This document shows, piece by piece, positions 9,447 through 19,300 of a DNA stretch of 64,000 bases. The stretch is from IMG/VR virus record IMGVR_UViG_3300027759_000081. One strand, 5' to 3'. The position numbers and the translations under genes were made by a program. Below the pieces are notes generated by a model. It did not search any database. It was not told where the DNA came from and saw nothing but the letters and a program-made list of their open reading frames with translations. Position 1 is the first letter of the stretch, and every line of letters starts with the position of its first letter. Source of the DNA: an uncultured virus (IMG/VR IMGVR_UViG_3300027759_000081). Lineage: Duplodnaviria > Heunggongvirae > Uroviricota > Caudoviricetes.

Positions 9447-10696
9447 TGAATAAACTTTTTTTAACTCTTCTTTTACTTGCTTTAAGTATTTGCAATTTAT
9501 ATTCGCAAGCAACCGATCCAAATTGGCAATATGCTGATTTAAATCGTCTTGGAATATTGGATAGGAATAGTTTTGTGTTAACACCGCAAAAACCATATGT
9601 TTATAATGGTTATCCTGTATTTGAAATTACTGTACCGTCAGGTTATACAGAAATACAAGTGCGTGCAAGTTTAACAAATTTTGAACCTGGATTTTTACTT
9701 AAACAGGACGGAACATACACACATCATTATATTCCAACTGGTGTTACTATTAATGGTAAAAAACAATATAAAGCAATGGGAACATTTGATACACCGATCG
9801 TTGCATCTTGGAACGGATCAGCATGGGTTTTTGGAATTGGTGGACTTACATCAACAAATAATGTTGAATTTCCTTGGTTATGTACAACGTTCAGCGGAGG
9901 CACTGGAGGTGTAACATACCTTGCCCAAATAGAATATTTTGTGTATCGTACATGTACAACAGGAGCAGCTGCTGATGCTCAATGGGGACTAGGTTCAGGC
10001 GATCCTGATCCATGGGTCTATATTGCAAATCAAACTGCGGTATCTGGTGACAATAAAGAATTTAAGCGTCAAAAATGGAACTATGCAACATCACTTACAA
10101 GTCAATTGCAAGCACCTGTGACGCCAATTTGGCAGATTGATACAGCAACTGCTGCTGGAACCATCGGCGCCGGCGGCGGCAATGTTACTGTTACTGTTAC
10201 CGGAGCATTGGTTACCGGATCACCACTCACTGTAAATGTCGCCGTGCTTGCCAACGATACCGCATCCGTCTGGGCCGACAAAGTTCGTGTCGCCTTGGCA
10301 ACGCTTCATCACGCCAACATCCACGACTATATCGTCGGCGGCACAGGCAGCTCGATCTCACTCACAGCACGAGAGGCAGCAGCGAACGACACGACGCTGA
10401 ACATCGCTCTTGCCAACGGAACGACAACTGGCGTGACCGCAGCACCGACAAGTGCCAATACGGCGGAGGGCCGCGTCGGCGTAGCTTCGACTCCTGGATA
10501 TAAAGTAATTTTTCAACCAAGTCGAGGTAATCTTGGAGCAGCCGAATGGATGCAAGCAAACAAAGATAAACTTGTTTGGATATATCAAGTTGAAAATGTT
10601 GCCGGCAAACCAAAACATCCAAACGGTTCGGATGTATGGAATGCTATGGTTCCTACAGAATGGAGAACCAACAGAATAGAACTCTTTACTCCATAA
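9446..10696 (+). CDS. Hypothetical protein with predicted signal peptide and an inserted GC-rich beta-rich domain
   Basis: 416-aa ORF starting MNKLFLTLLLLALSICNLYSQ; translationally coupled to the upstream gene (TAATG). Confidence 0.7.
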   Translation: MNKLFLTLLLLALSICNLYSQATDPNWQYADLNRLGILDRNSFVLTPQKPYVYNGYPVFEITVPSGYTEIQVRASLTNFEPGFLLKQDGTYTHHYIPTGVTINGKKQYKAMGTFDTPIVASWNGSAWVFGIGGLTSTNNVEFPWLCTTFSGGTGGVTYLAQIEYFVYRTCTTGAAADAQWGLGSGDPDPWVYIANQTAVSGDNKEFKRQKWNYATSLTSQLQAPVTPIWQIDTATAAGTIGAGGGNVTVTVTGALVTGSPLTVNVAVLANDTASVWADKVRVALATLHHANIHDYIVGGTGSSISLTAREAAANDTTLNIALANGTTTGVTAAPTSANTAEGRVGVASTPGYKVIFQPSRGNLGAAEWMQANKDKLVWIYQVENVAGKPKHPNGSDVWNAMVPTEWRTNRIELFTP

Positions 10697-10748
10697 AACG
10701 TATATATATTTTATCATTTGAATGATGATAACAACAAATAAACACACT

Positions 10749-11753
10749 ATGAAAAAAATAATGCTAATTGCAAGCGCAATGCTTGCCTCACTGACGGGCG
10801 CAATACACGCACAAAATAACGATTTTAATATTTTAACATATCTTGAGGCTGCTCAAGCATCTGTTAAAACTAAAGAAGAAAAAGCTTTCAAAGATCAATA
10901 TACTTCAAGTCTTGGTGCAGGTTGGAAAGACACATGGCGCAACAGCACATTGCCACGACCAAATGATCATCTTGTAGAAATTTATATTGAAAAAGGTGAT
11001 TTTCCTGTTACTCTATGGTTTTTACAACCTTTTAGCAATTTAACTGCACTTAAAAAACAAGAATTGTTAACATACATTGGCGGTAAAACAACACTTACTA
11101 AAAATGATTTTATTGTAGTAAAAACTTTATCAACATACAATTCCGCAACAGCTGCTCGTAAAGATGACCTTGTGCAATTTTTAAAATGCGGACCTGAAAT
11201 TAAAGGTGAAGAATACTTCCAATTTTTAATCAGTAATTTGGAAATTCGTGGACTTCGTAATCCTACCGTTTGGCAATCAGCATTAACAATAAGCGAGTGG
11301 TTTACACTTGCAAGCGCAAATGCACATTTTTCTCCTACTACATTTGCAACTGGACGTGATGCAATTGCAATGAAAGCTGCTCGGCTGCTTCTTGAAAAAC
11401 GTAAAGCTGAAAATCTTTCAGTTGAAGGTGAGGAATTTGATGCAGCATTTGAACCAATTCTCAATGCTCTTAAAGCTCCAAAATTTACTGGACTTGCAGA
11501 GGCATGCGATACGGTTGGTATTGATATGAAACTTACCATCTCTGCTGCAAATATCGCAGCCACTAATATTGATTGGAGCGCACAAGAAGCGGTTGCTGCA
11601 ACTGTTGCCTCAGCGGCTGAACGTAATGGTACATTTATTACCGCATGGGGTGGAGCTGAAGTAAAAAATGAAGAAGGTCTTGGAAGTGTAATGTTTATTA
11701 AAGGTGAAAGTGCATATAATGCATGGCGTGCCGAAACCATCGCTAAAGATTAA
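10749..11753 (+). CDS. Hypothetical protein with predicted signal peptide
   Basis: Start chosen at MKKIMLIASAMLASLTGAIHA-Q (signal-peptide-like) within track ORF 10722..11753. Confidence 0.7.
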   Translation: MKKIMLIASAMLASLTGAIHAQNNDFNILTYLEAAQASVKTKEEKAFKDQYTSSLGAGWKDTWRNSTLPRPNDHLVEIYIEKGDFPVTLWFLQPFSNLTALKKQELLTYIGGKTTLTKNDFIVVKTLSTYNSATAARKDDLVQFLKCGPEIKGEEYFQFLISNLEIRGLRNPTVWQSALTISEWFTLASANAHFSPTTFATGRDAIAMKAARLLLEKRKAENLSVEGEEFDAAFEPILNALKAPKFTGLAEACDTVGIDMKLTISAANIAATNIDWSAQEAVAATVASAAERNGTFITAWGGAEVKNEEGLGSVMFIKGESAYNAWRAETIAKD

Positions 11754-11755
11754 TT

Positions 11756-12301
11756 ATGAAACTAATACTTCTTATTGCATATGCGTTTTGCCAAATTGCA
11801 CTTGCAAATACATATCCTAGTTTGCCAAGTGCATCAAACATGCTTGTGCAATCAGAGACAATTCGTATTCAAGTAGCACCATTTTATGGCGAAAGTTCTA
11901 CTGGTACAGTGAGTCTTGAAAATGTTAGAATTACTCCTATAGAATATTCAATTAATATATTACCTGAAAGAACAATTGCTGATGTTCCACAATTTTCCAA
12001 GTATAAGTTAAATGATCAACAACAGATTGAACAAACTTCTGCATTTGATCGAATGCAGCAAGTGGTACCAACAAAAAATATTGCTGAAATTACAACAGTT
12101 GAAACACCAGATCCATTTTCTATAAGATTAGAATTTGATTGGGTTGAACCTCATGGACAGTTTATGCAACAATTGTTAACTGATATTAAAGCCGCAAAAG
12201 CCGCTGGTAATACCGAAACTTATAAAAAGCTTACAGCACAATATCAAGCATGGGCTGACCAGTATTTGATTAAAGGCACACCTCCTATGGTTATGGAATA
12301 A
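11756..12301 (+). CDS. Hypothetical protein with predicted signal peptide
   Basis: 181 aa starting MKLILLIAYAFCQIALA-N (AxA-type cleavage site). Confidence 0.7.
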   Translation: MKLILLIAYAFCQIALANTYPSLPSASNMLVQSETIRIQVAPFYGESSTGTVSLENVRITPIEYSINILPERTIADVPQFSKYKLNDQQQIEQTSAFDRMQQVVPTKNIAEITTVETPDPFSIRLEFDWVEPHGQFMQQLLTDIKAAKAAGNTETYKKLTAQYQAWADQYLIKGTPPMVME

Positions 12302-12310
12302 CCATTATTT

Positions 12311-12318
12311 TATAAATA
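12311..12318 (+). promoter_or_regulatory. T4-type late promoter TATAAATA
   Basis: Exact consensus, intergenic, 6 nt before the ATG at 12325. Confidence 0.7.
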
Positions 12319-12324
12319 ACAAAT

Positions 12325-13659
12325 ATGGCTACACGTAAAATTTCAGAATTAACCGCGATAACAGCAATTACTGGTGATGACTTGTTGCTTGTTGTCGATG
12401 GCACAACTACGACTAATAAAATTACGGCAGCCAATGCAGCAACTAGTATTGTTAATCTTCCAACGGCAATACCAACAATTATACAGACTGCATTAGACCT
12501 TAAACTTAATTCATCTGCATACAGCGCTGCTGGTATTAGTGTTAAAACACCGGTTGTAGCTGCAACTGTTGGACCTATAACTCTAGCTTCAACGTTTGCT
12601 GGTTCAATTATTGATGGTGTGACATTGACAGCTGGAAATCGTCTCTTAGTTAAAAATCAAAGCACTGCCTCAGCAAATGGCATCTATGTAATCGCTGCAT
12701 CACCAACTGTTCCAGTACGAGCTGGAGACTTTGATACTTCTGGAGAAATAAACAACGGGTATGTACTTGTAAATGGTGGTACTACTCAACTAGGTAGTGG
12801 ATTTATAGTTCAATCTACAGTTACTACAGTTGGAACTGATCCAATTAATTTTGTTCAGTTTTCTGCTGCACTTGTGGGTTTAACTGCGGCGTCTGTCGGT
12901 CTTGGAAATGTTAATAATACGAGTGATGTAAATAAACCAATTAGCACTGCAACAAGCACCGCGCTTGCGGCAAAACAAAACACAATTATTGGTGCGGCAA
13001 GCACAATAACAACTAGCAATCTTACTGCAGACAGAGCATTAATTTCTGATGGTAGTGGCAAAGTTGCAGTTTCATCAGCGGTAACCTCTACCGAATTAGG
13101 TTATCTTGATGGAGTGACAAGTGCGGTTCAAACACAACTTGATGCCAAGGCTACACTTGCTAGTCCTACCTTTACAGGAACTCCGGTTCTTCCAACTGCA
13201 ACCATAGTCGGCACAGGCACAACTACACTTGCATCATTTTTAACACCACCCGGCGCCGTTATGACATTTGCAACGGCTAGCGCCCCAACCGGGTGGTTAG
13301 CGGCAAATGGAGCAGCGGTAAGTCGTACAACATACTCTGCATTATTTGATGCAATTGGTACAACGTATGGATCTGGAGACCTTACAACAACATTTAATCT
13401 TCCAGATCTTCGAGGAGAATTTGTTCGTGGTTTGGATTCTTCTCGTGGTGTTGATGCTGGACGTGTGATTGGTTCCTTTCAAGCAGATGAACTTAAAAGC
13501 CATACCCACACATTTCGTGGATATGGAGCTAGTCTTTCAAACGGAGCGAATACAGCAAGTGGCACAAATACTCAGAATTATACAATTAGCACAAATGCCA
13601 CAGGAGGCACCGAAACTCGCCCACGTAACATTGCACTCTTATATTGCATAAAATTCTAA
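12325..13659 (+). CDS. Tail fibre protein with phage tail-collar domain
   Basis: IDGVTLTAGNRLLVKNQ...NGIY module; C-terminal PPGAVMTFA...APTGWL.ANGAAVSRTTYSALF.AIGTTYG.GD..TTFNLPDLRGEFVRG...ETRPRNIALLYCIK collar signature. Confidence 0.85.
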   Translation: MATRKISELTAITAITGDDLLLVVDGTTTTNKITAANAATSIVNLPTAIPTIIQTALDLKLNSSAYSAAGISVKTPVVAATVGPITLASTFAGSIIDGVTLTAGNRLLVKNQSTASANGIYVIAASPTVPVRAGDFDTSGEINNGYVLVNGGTTQLGSGFIVQSTVTTVGTDPINFVQFSAALVGLTAASVGLGNVNNTSDVNKPISTATSTALAAKQNTIIGAASTITTSNLTADRALISDGSGKVAVSSAVTSTELGYLDGVTSAVQTQLDAKATLASPTFTGTPVLPTATIVGTGTTTLASFLTPPGAVMTFATASAPTGWLAANGAAVSRTTYSALFDAIGTTYGSGDLTTTFNLPDLRGEFVRGLDSSRGVDAGRVIGSFQADELKSHTHTFRGYGASLSNGANTASGTNTQNYTISTNATGGTETRPRNIALLYCIKF

Positions 13660-13671
13660 TATACCACACGT

Positions 13672-14925
13672 ATGCCGAAAAAAATTACACAATTTACTAC
13701 CGAAACAACTCTTGCAGATGGGGATCTTTTTACTGTTGTCGATATTAGCGACAGCACAATGAGTACTGCAGGAACAAATAAAATTATTACTGCCCTTAAT
13801 GCTGCAAATTCAATTGCTTCAAAAATTACAAGTGTTCCAACAATTGTGTCAAATGCATTGGCTGCAAAGGCGAATATTGCTGCTCCAACCTTTACTGGAA
13901 ATGTAAATCTACCGTCTACAACAACAATAGGTGACATCTCTTCTACCGAATTAGGGCATCTTAATGGTGTATCAAGTGCAATTCAAACACAACTTGATGG
14001 CAAAGCTGCTTTGACCGGTGCAACTTTTTCTGGCACTGTAACAGCATCCACTTTTGCCGGAAATGCAACAACTGCAACAACACTTCAAACTGCCCGAGCG
14101 ATTGCTGTAAGTGGAGCTGTCACTGGAACTGCTAATTTTAATGGCTCTGCTGCAATTAGTATATCAACAACACTTGCTGATGCAGTTGTGTCTCCTGCTA
14201 AACTTTCAACAGGTGGACCAAGTTGGAATAGCGGTGGTACACTGTCTGCAACAGCGTTTAGTGGTCCACTCACTGGAGCTGTTACTGGAACTGCAAGTGG
14301 CAACATTAGACAGGGTACTGGAACTAGTCAATTAACTAATATTGTTTCAATTGGTTGGAGTGCAGCCTCTAAACTACGAGTTCAGGTAGACTCCACTGAC
14401 TATGCGGCAACTTGGCCAATTGATATAGCTGGAAATGCTGCTACAGCAACTACAGCTACAGCACTTGCTCAGCCATATACACTTAGAACAGCACAAGCAA
14501 GCACAAGCGGAACATCTATTGATTTTGCTGGAATTCCATCATGGGTTAACCGTATTACGGTAATGTTTAATGGTGTTAGCACCAATGGTAGCAGTGACCC
14601 ACTCATTCAACTTGGAGATGCAGGTGGTATTGAAACTGCTGGATATGTTGCACATTCGAGTGATCGTGGAGCAGATGTTACATCGACGGCAGGATTTATT
14701 TTAACGAGAGCTAGTGTAGCAAGTTCAGCACTGTATGGTATTGCTACAATTTGTAAGCTTAGTGGTAATTTATGGGTTTCTTCTGCAAACATTTCAATTA
14801 CAGATCTTGTTTCTTCTTCAGTTGGGTCAAAAACACTTTCTGATACGCTTACTCAACTCAAAATCACGACTGTGAATGGGACAGATGTTTTTGACGCTGG
14901 ATCCATCAATATTTCGTACGAGTAA
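13672..14925 (+). CDS. Tail fibre-like protein
   Basis: Shared N-terminal KIT..D.FTVVD..NKIIT motif, ELGHLNGVSSAIQTQLD and GNATTATTLQTAR fibre repeats, and a beta-rich C-terminal domain. Confidence 0.75.
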   Translation: MPKKITQFTTETTLADGDLFTVVDISDSTMSTAGTNKIITALNAANSIASKITSVPTIVSNALAAKANIAAPTFTGNVNLPSTTTIGDISSTELGHLNGVSSAIQTQLDGKAALTGATFSGTVTASTFAGNATTATTLQTARAIAVSGAVTGTANFNGSAAISISTTLADAVVSPAKLSTGGPSWNSGGTLSATAFSGPLTGAVTGTASGNIRQGTGTSQLTNIVSIGWSAASKLRVQVDSTDYAATWPIDIAGNAATATTATALAQPYTLRTAQASTSGTSIDFAGIPSWVNRITVMFNGVSTNGSSDPLIQLGDAGGIETAGYVAHSSDRGADVTSTAGFILTRASVASSALYGIATICKLSGNLWVSSANISITDLVSSSVGSKTLSDTLTQLKITTVNGTDVFDAGSINISYE

Positions 14926-14963
14926 TATATGCGATAACCGCAATATACTCCTATAAGTTTTCG

Positions 14964-14971
14964 TATAAATA
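14964..14971 (+). promoter_or_regulatory. T4-type late promoter TATAAATA
   Basis: Exact consensus in the intergenic region before the gp8-like gene. Confidence 0.7.
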
Positions 14972-14989
14972 CATTAAATAATACTAAGT

Positions 14990-16363
14990 ATGGCAGCAAT
15001 TGTAACAGAACACTTTCGTAGAAATAACGTCTTATCATTTTTAACAGACATTCAAGACACCGACAATAATTATTATTTAGGTATTGGAAAGTCTGATAAA
15101 TGGGGACCAGATGAGTCACTCTCTACGCTCACCATTCCAATTCCAACTGGTACTTATGCTGAGGAAAATGATACATTATCAAACCTCGTGTCTTGTGTTA
15201 AAATTAACCAATCAAATGCAAGTCTTGTAATACCAAACGTAAAATTTAACATTGGTTCTAAATACAAAGTATATTCACCACTTGATCCTGAATGTTTTTA
15301 TCCGTCAACTGTTGGAGGAAACACACTTAACCCATGTTATGCGACTATTGGTAGTCGCGTTTATCTTTGCTTGGCAAATAACAATAACGGAGTCACTGTA
15401 GATTCACCATCTGCAACAGACTATCGAGCAATTAAAAACAGTGATAGTTATGTTTGGATTCTTGTAGACAACAATTTAGGTCTGTTTAATACACCTCAGT
15501 TTATTAACATTACAACTGGAACTGCAGCGTTATCTATCGTCAACGGTATTAAAAATGATGGTGGTGGACTGCTCTATGGCTTTAGTGTAAAAGATGGAGG
15601 AGTTGGTTATACAGTTGGAAGCAGTACTGCAACATTTACTGCACGACAAGTTGGTAACGCGTCACCTATCTCAATTACATGTACTGTAGTCGCTGATTCT
15701 GCTGGCAAAATTACAAGGGTGACTCTGCCATTCAACTATTCATATACCGCAGCATCATCAAAAAATATACTTGGTGGTGCATTTACATTCTCTAGCGGTA
15801 GTGGTGCAATTATAATTCCAAACATTGCTCCAGCAGACGGATTTGCATATGAACCATCACGGGTTTTGCCAGCCTGGTATGCTGGAATTTCAGTTGATGT
15901 AGTTGATAATATTTCAAATGACGGGTTCTATATTCCATATCGTCAAATTTCTATAATTAAAAATTTAGAATATGATCCTGCAGTAGTTAACGTTGACACG
16001 CTTGGAGCACTTCGTTATCTTCTTCTCAGTGGACCCCCAGCAGTTGCAACATCAGTTGGCGATGTTATTACTTTTGCTAACTCTGTTGCAACAGCATATT
16101 TTGATACATACTCAACAGTTGTTGTAGACAGTGTCACAGAACATAGAGTATATTTCCATCAAAATAATGCAACAGGTTATGGCGCAATTCCAGCAAGTGG
16201 CACATTTACAAATTCAGCAAGTGCCACAACAATTGCATACACTTCAGTAGAAGAAGGCGAATATGTGCAACACACTGGTGATATTGTCTTTACTGAAAAT
16301 CGTAAACCAATCACCCGCCAAAGCGGTCAAACTGAAGAAATTAAGATTATCATTCAATTCTAA
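14990..16363 (+). CDS. Baseplate wedge subunit, T4 gp8-like
   Basis: MAAIVTEHFR..N...F...YYLGIGK...W N-terminus, RVYLCL.N, YRQISIIKN, and C-terminal ENRKPITR...QTEEIKIIIQF. Confidence 0.85.
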   Translation: MAAIVTEHFRRNNVLSFLTDIQDTDNNYYLGIGKSDKWGPDESLSTLTIPIPTGTYAEENDTLSNLVSCVKINQSNASLVIPNVKFNIGSKYKVYSPLDPECFYPSTVGGNTLNPCYATIGSRVYLCLANNNNGVTVDSPSATDYRAIKNSDSYVWILVDNNLGLFNTPQFINITTGTAALSIVNGIKNDGGGLLYGFSVKDGGVGYTVGSSTATFTARQVGNASPISITCTVVADSAGKITRVTLPFNYSYTAASSKNILGGAFTFSSGSGAIIIPNIAPADGFAYEPSRVLPAWYAGISVDVVDNISNDGFYIPYRQISIIKNLEYDPAVVNVDTLGALRYLLLSGPPAVATSVGDVITFANSVATAYFDTYSTVVVDSVTEHRVYFHQNNATGYGAIPASGTFTNSASATTIAYTSVEEGEYVQHTGDIVFTENRKPITRQSGQTEEIKIIIQF

Positions 16364-19300
16364 TGGCTATTACAACATACATTTCTAATTACCATGATGA
16401 CTATGTCACATCAAAAAATGGCGACAAAAATTATCTTCGCATATTATTTAAACCAGGATACAGCGTACAAGTAAGAGAACTTAATCAATTACAGAGTGCG
16501 CTTCAAGATCAAATCAATCGATTTGGATCAAGTGTCTGGAAAAAAGATGTTGCAGTAATTGGTGGCAAGGCTAGTTTTTTACCGGCTATTAATAGTGTAA
16601 AACTTGACCTCAGTTTTACAATAAGCGGCACATCATACACTACTGCCACTGTTGCAGAAAATGCAAAGACTATAATTGATACGTCAAATGATTTGCGTGG
16701 TGAAGTACTTGGACATGAACTAGTATCTGGAAACATCTATAAGTTTTATTATACATACACAAATTCAGGCAATGGTGGAGAAAAAACGTTTGGTACGGAT
16801 GTTAATCGTTCACATAGAATTATCCTAAAGAACACCGACTCTACAATCCCAGAGGGCGAGCTGCCATCAGTATCAAATGCACGACTATCAGAGAGCGGCG
16901 CTACTGGATATGCATCAGCCGTTGTCTGTGAGAGTGGAGTTTTCTTTACAAAAGGATCATTTGTTGCAGTTCCAACTCAAACAATATTTTTAGACAAGGT
17001 CGATGTAAATACAACATTTACTGGATATGCAACATTAGAGATTAATGAAAATATAGTGTCATATTCAAATGATGACACACTTCTGGACAATGCAAATGGT
17101 ACACCAAACTATAGTGCTCCTGGTGCAGATCGTTATCAAATTGACCTATCACTAGCATGGATCACTAAAACTGACTATGAGAGTTTAACTAATACAAGTG
17201 AGTATATCAAACTACTCTATGTTAATGACTCTCGTCCAGAAGAAATTATACTTGCTGATGAGTATGCTGAAATTAACGACATACTCGCAAAACGCACAAG
17301 TGAAGAGTCTGGTAACTATACAGTAAATCCTTTTGGAATTCAAGTTCGCGAACTCTATGATGGTGATGCACTTCCAGTAAATTGTATCGTAACTGGAACA
17401 ACATATAAAATTCAAAGTTTAGGCACTACACCAACTAACACATGGACAAACATGGGTGCAGGCGCTTCTCCAGTAATAGGAACTGAGTTTGTTGCTGGTG
17501 TAAATGCAACTGGCATTGCATCAGTTCTTACAACAACTGGTCGTGTAAGCGAAGTTGAATACATTCATGGAGTCTATAAAGCAGACAATCTCGATTCAGT
17601 TGGTTATACTTTGACGCCACTTGCAACAAAAAAGGCAGCAATCTCTGATGCTAAAGGCAAATATAACATTACACTTGAACCAAGTGTTGCATATGTTGAT
17701 GGTTACAGAGTAAATCTTGATCGTGCCTTAAATCTTAATGCTCCAAAGGCACGTGAAACTACTGCAGTCAATGTTGATATAAGTGCAAATATTGGAAGCT
17801 ACTTTATTGGAAACATTCAAACTGGAATCTTACCTACACTTTCTACAGTAACAAACACATACAGTCTGTATGCAAGTCTTAACGGAAGTGCAGCACGAAC
17901 ATCTGGATCAACAACTGTAACAATCACTGCGACAGCTCATGGTTTATCAAATGGAAATACTGTTCTTTTAAGAAGTGATGAAGCAACTATACCTAATGGG
18001 TCATATACCATTGGAGGCGTAACAGCCAATACATTTACTATTACGACTACAGGTAATACCAGTGAAAAATCTAACATTGCAATAACTTTTAGTGTTGTAA
18101 TTGGTACATGCAAAATACGCGCATTTGAGACAACTGGAACAACTTCTGAATATCGCTGCTATGTCTATGACATTACATTTAGTGGCACTTCGACTGCAGA
18201 TTGGAACATTCGTCGATTTGATAACATTAATAAAATTGCTGGAAACAATTTTGAATATAATGTTACGAGCGATAATCTATTACAACAAACCAATAACACT
18301 AGCGTATTTCCACTGCCATACAACGCAGCCAGTACACTTGAAGGTGTTACATTTTACACTCAACAATATTTTACAGGCACAACCGGCACTGCTGGTGCTA
18401 TTACATTAAATGCCGAAGACAACACCATATTTAGTGACATTGATACAACAATAGTTGTGGTAAGTGATGCTGTTCGTGCTTCTACTGCACGTACCATTAC
18501 GGCTTCATCAGATTCTAAGACTCTTACAATAACACCAATTAGCTCAGCATGGACAAACGGTGCAACCTATAGTATTACTTCTAAGGTACAAGTTACAAAT
18601 GCAAACCTTGCTGCACGTGTTACAAAGAGCATTGCAAGTGCAACTGATTCAATAACAGTAAGCAATGGAATTAATAGTGTCTTTTATCTTTCCAAGACAG
18701 ACATTATAAGAATTAAAACTGTGCTACACACAAGTAATTCTAATAATGATATTACTGCACTCTTTGAACTTTTTGATAATGGTCAACGTGACACTCACTA
18801 TACAAATGGTCGTGTTCGTTATATTGGTACTGCAGCACTCTCTGGAACAATAAGCGTTGAATATGAATATTATGCTCGCTTTGGTGGTGATATACTCTCT
18901 CGCCGAGCAGTAATGTACACTGCTAATTCATACAGCCCAAACGACAACAGCGTTGGTACGCTCTATGATGACATTCCATCATACAACGGAGTTAAACTTT
19001 CTGATGTCGTTGATTTTAGACATGATCTTGTCTATGCAACAAGCGGCGGAGCTTTAGGCTCAATAGCAACAAACTCAAATAAACTTGTACTTGATCCAAA
19101 CACTCCAATAAGTGCGCTTGTAACATTTTACTTGCCACGTATTGATAAGGTTGTTGTTAATTCTGGTTCTCAATTTTCTATAGTACAAGGTGTGCCATCG
19201 CTAACTCCAGTAGAGCCAAGTTCTCCAAAAAATGCAATGACTCTCTATACCCTTGAGATTCCTGCATACACAGCAGACGTAAATGATATTGTCAAAAACT

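Noticed and set aside
1..16363. Bacterial T6SS, tailocin or eCIS locus
   Set aside because: Gene set and order (gp5, gp25, gp6, gp7, gp8, VrlC-like) and TATAAATA late promoters are those of T4-like phages; no Tss/Afp or bacterial genes are seen.
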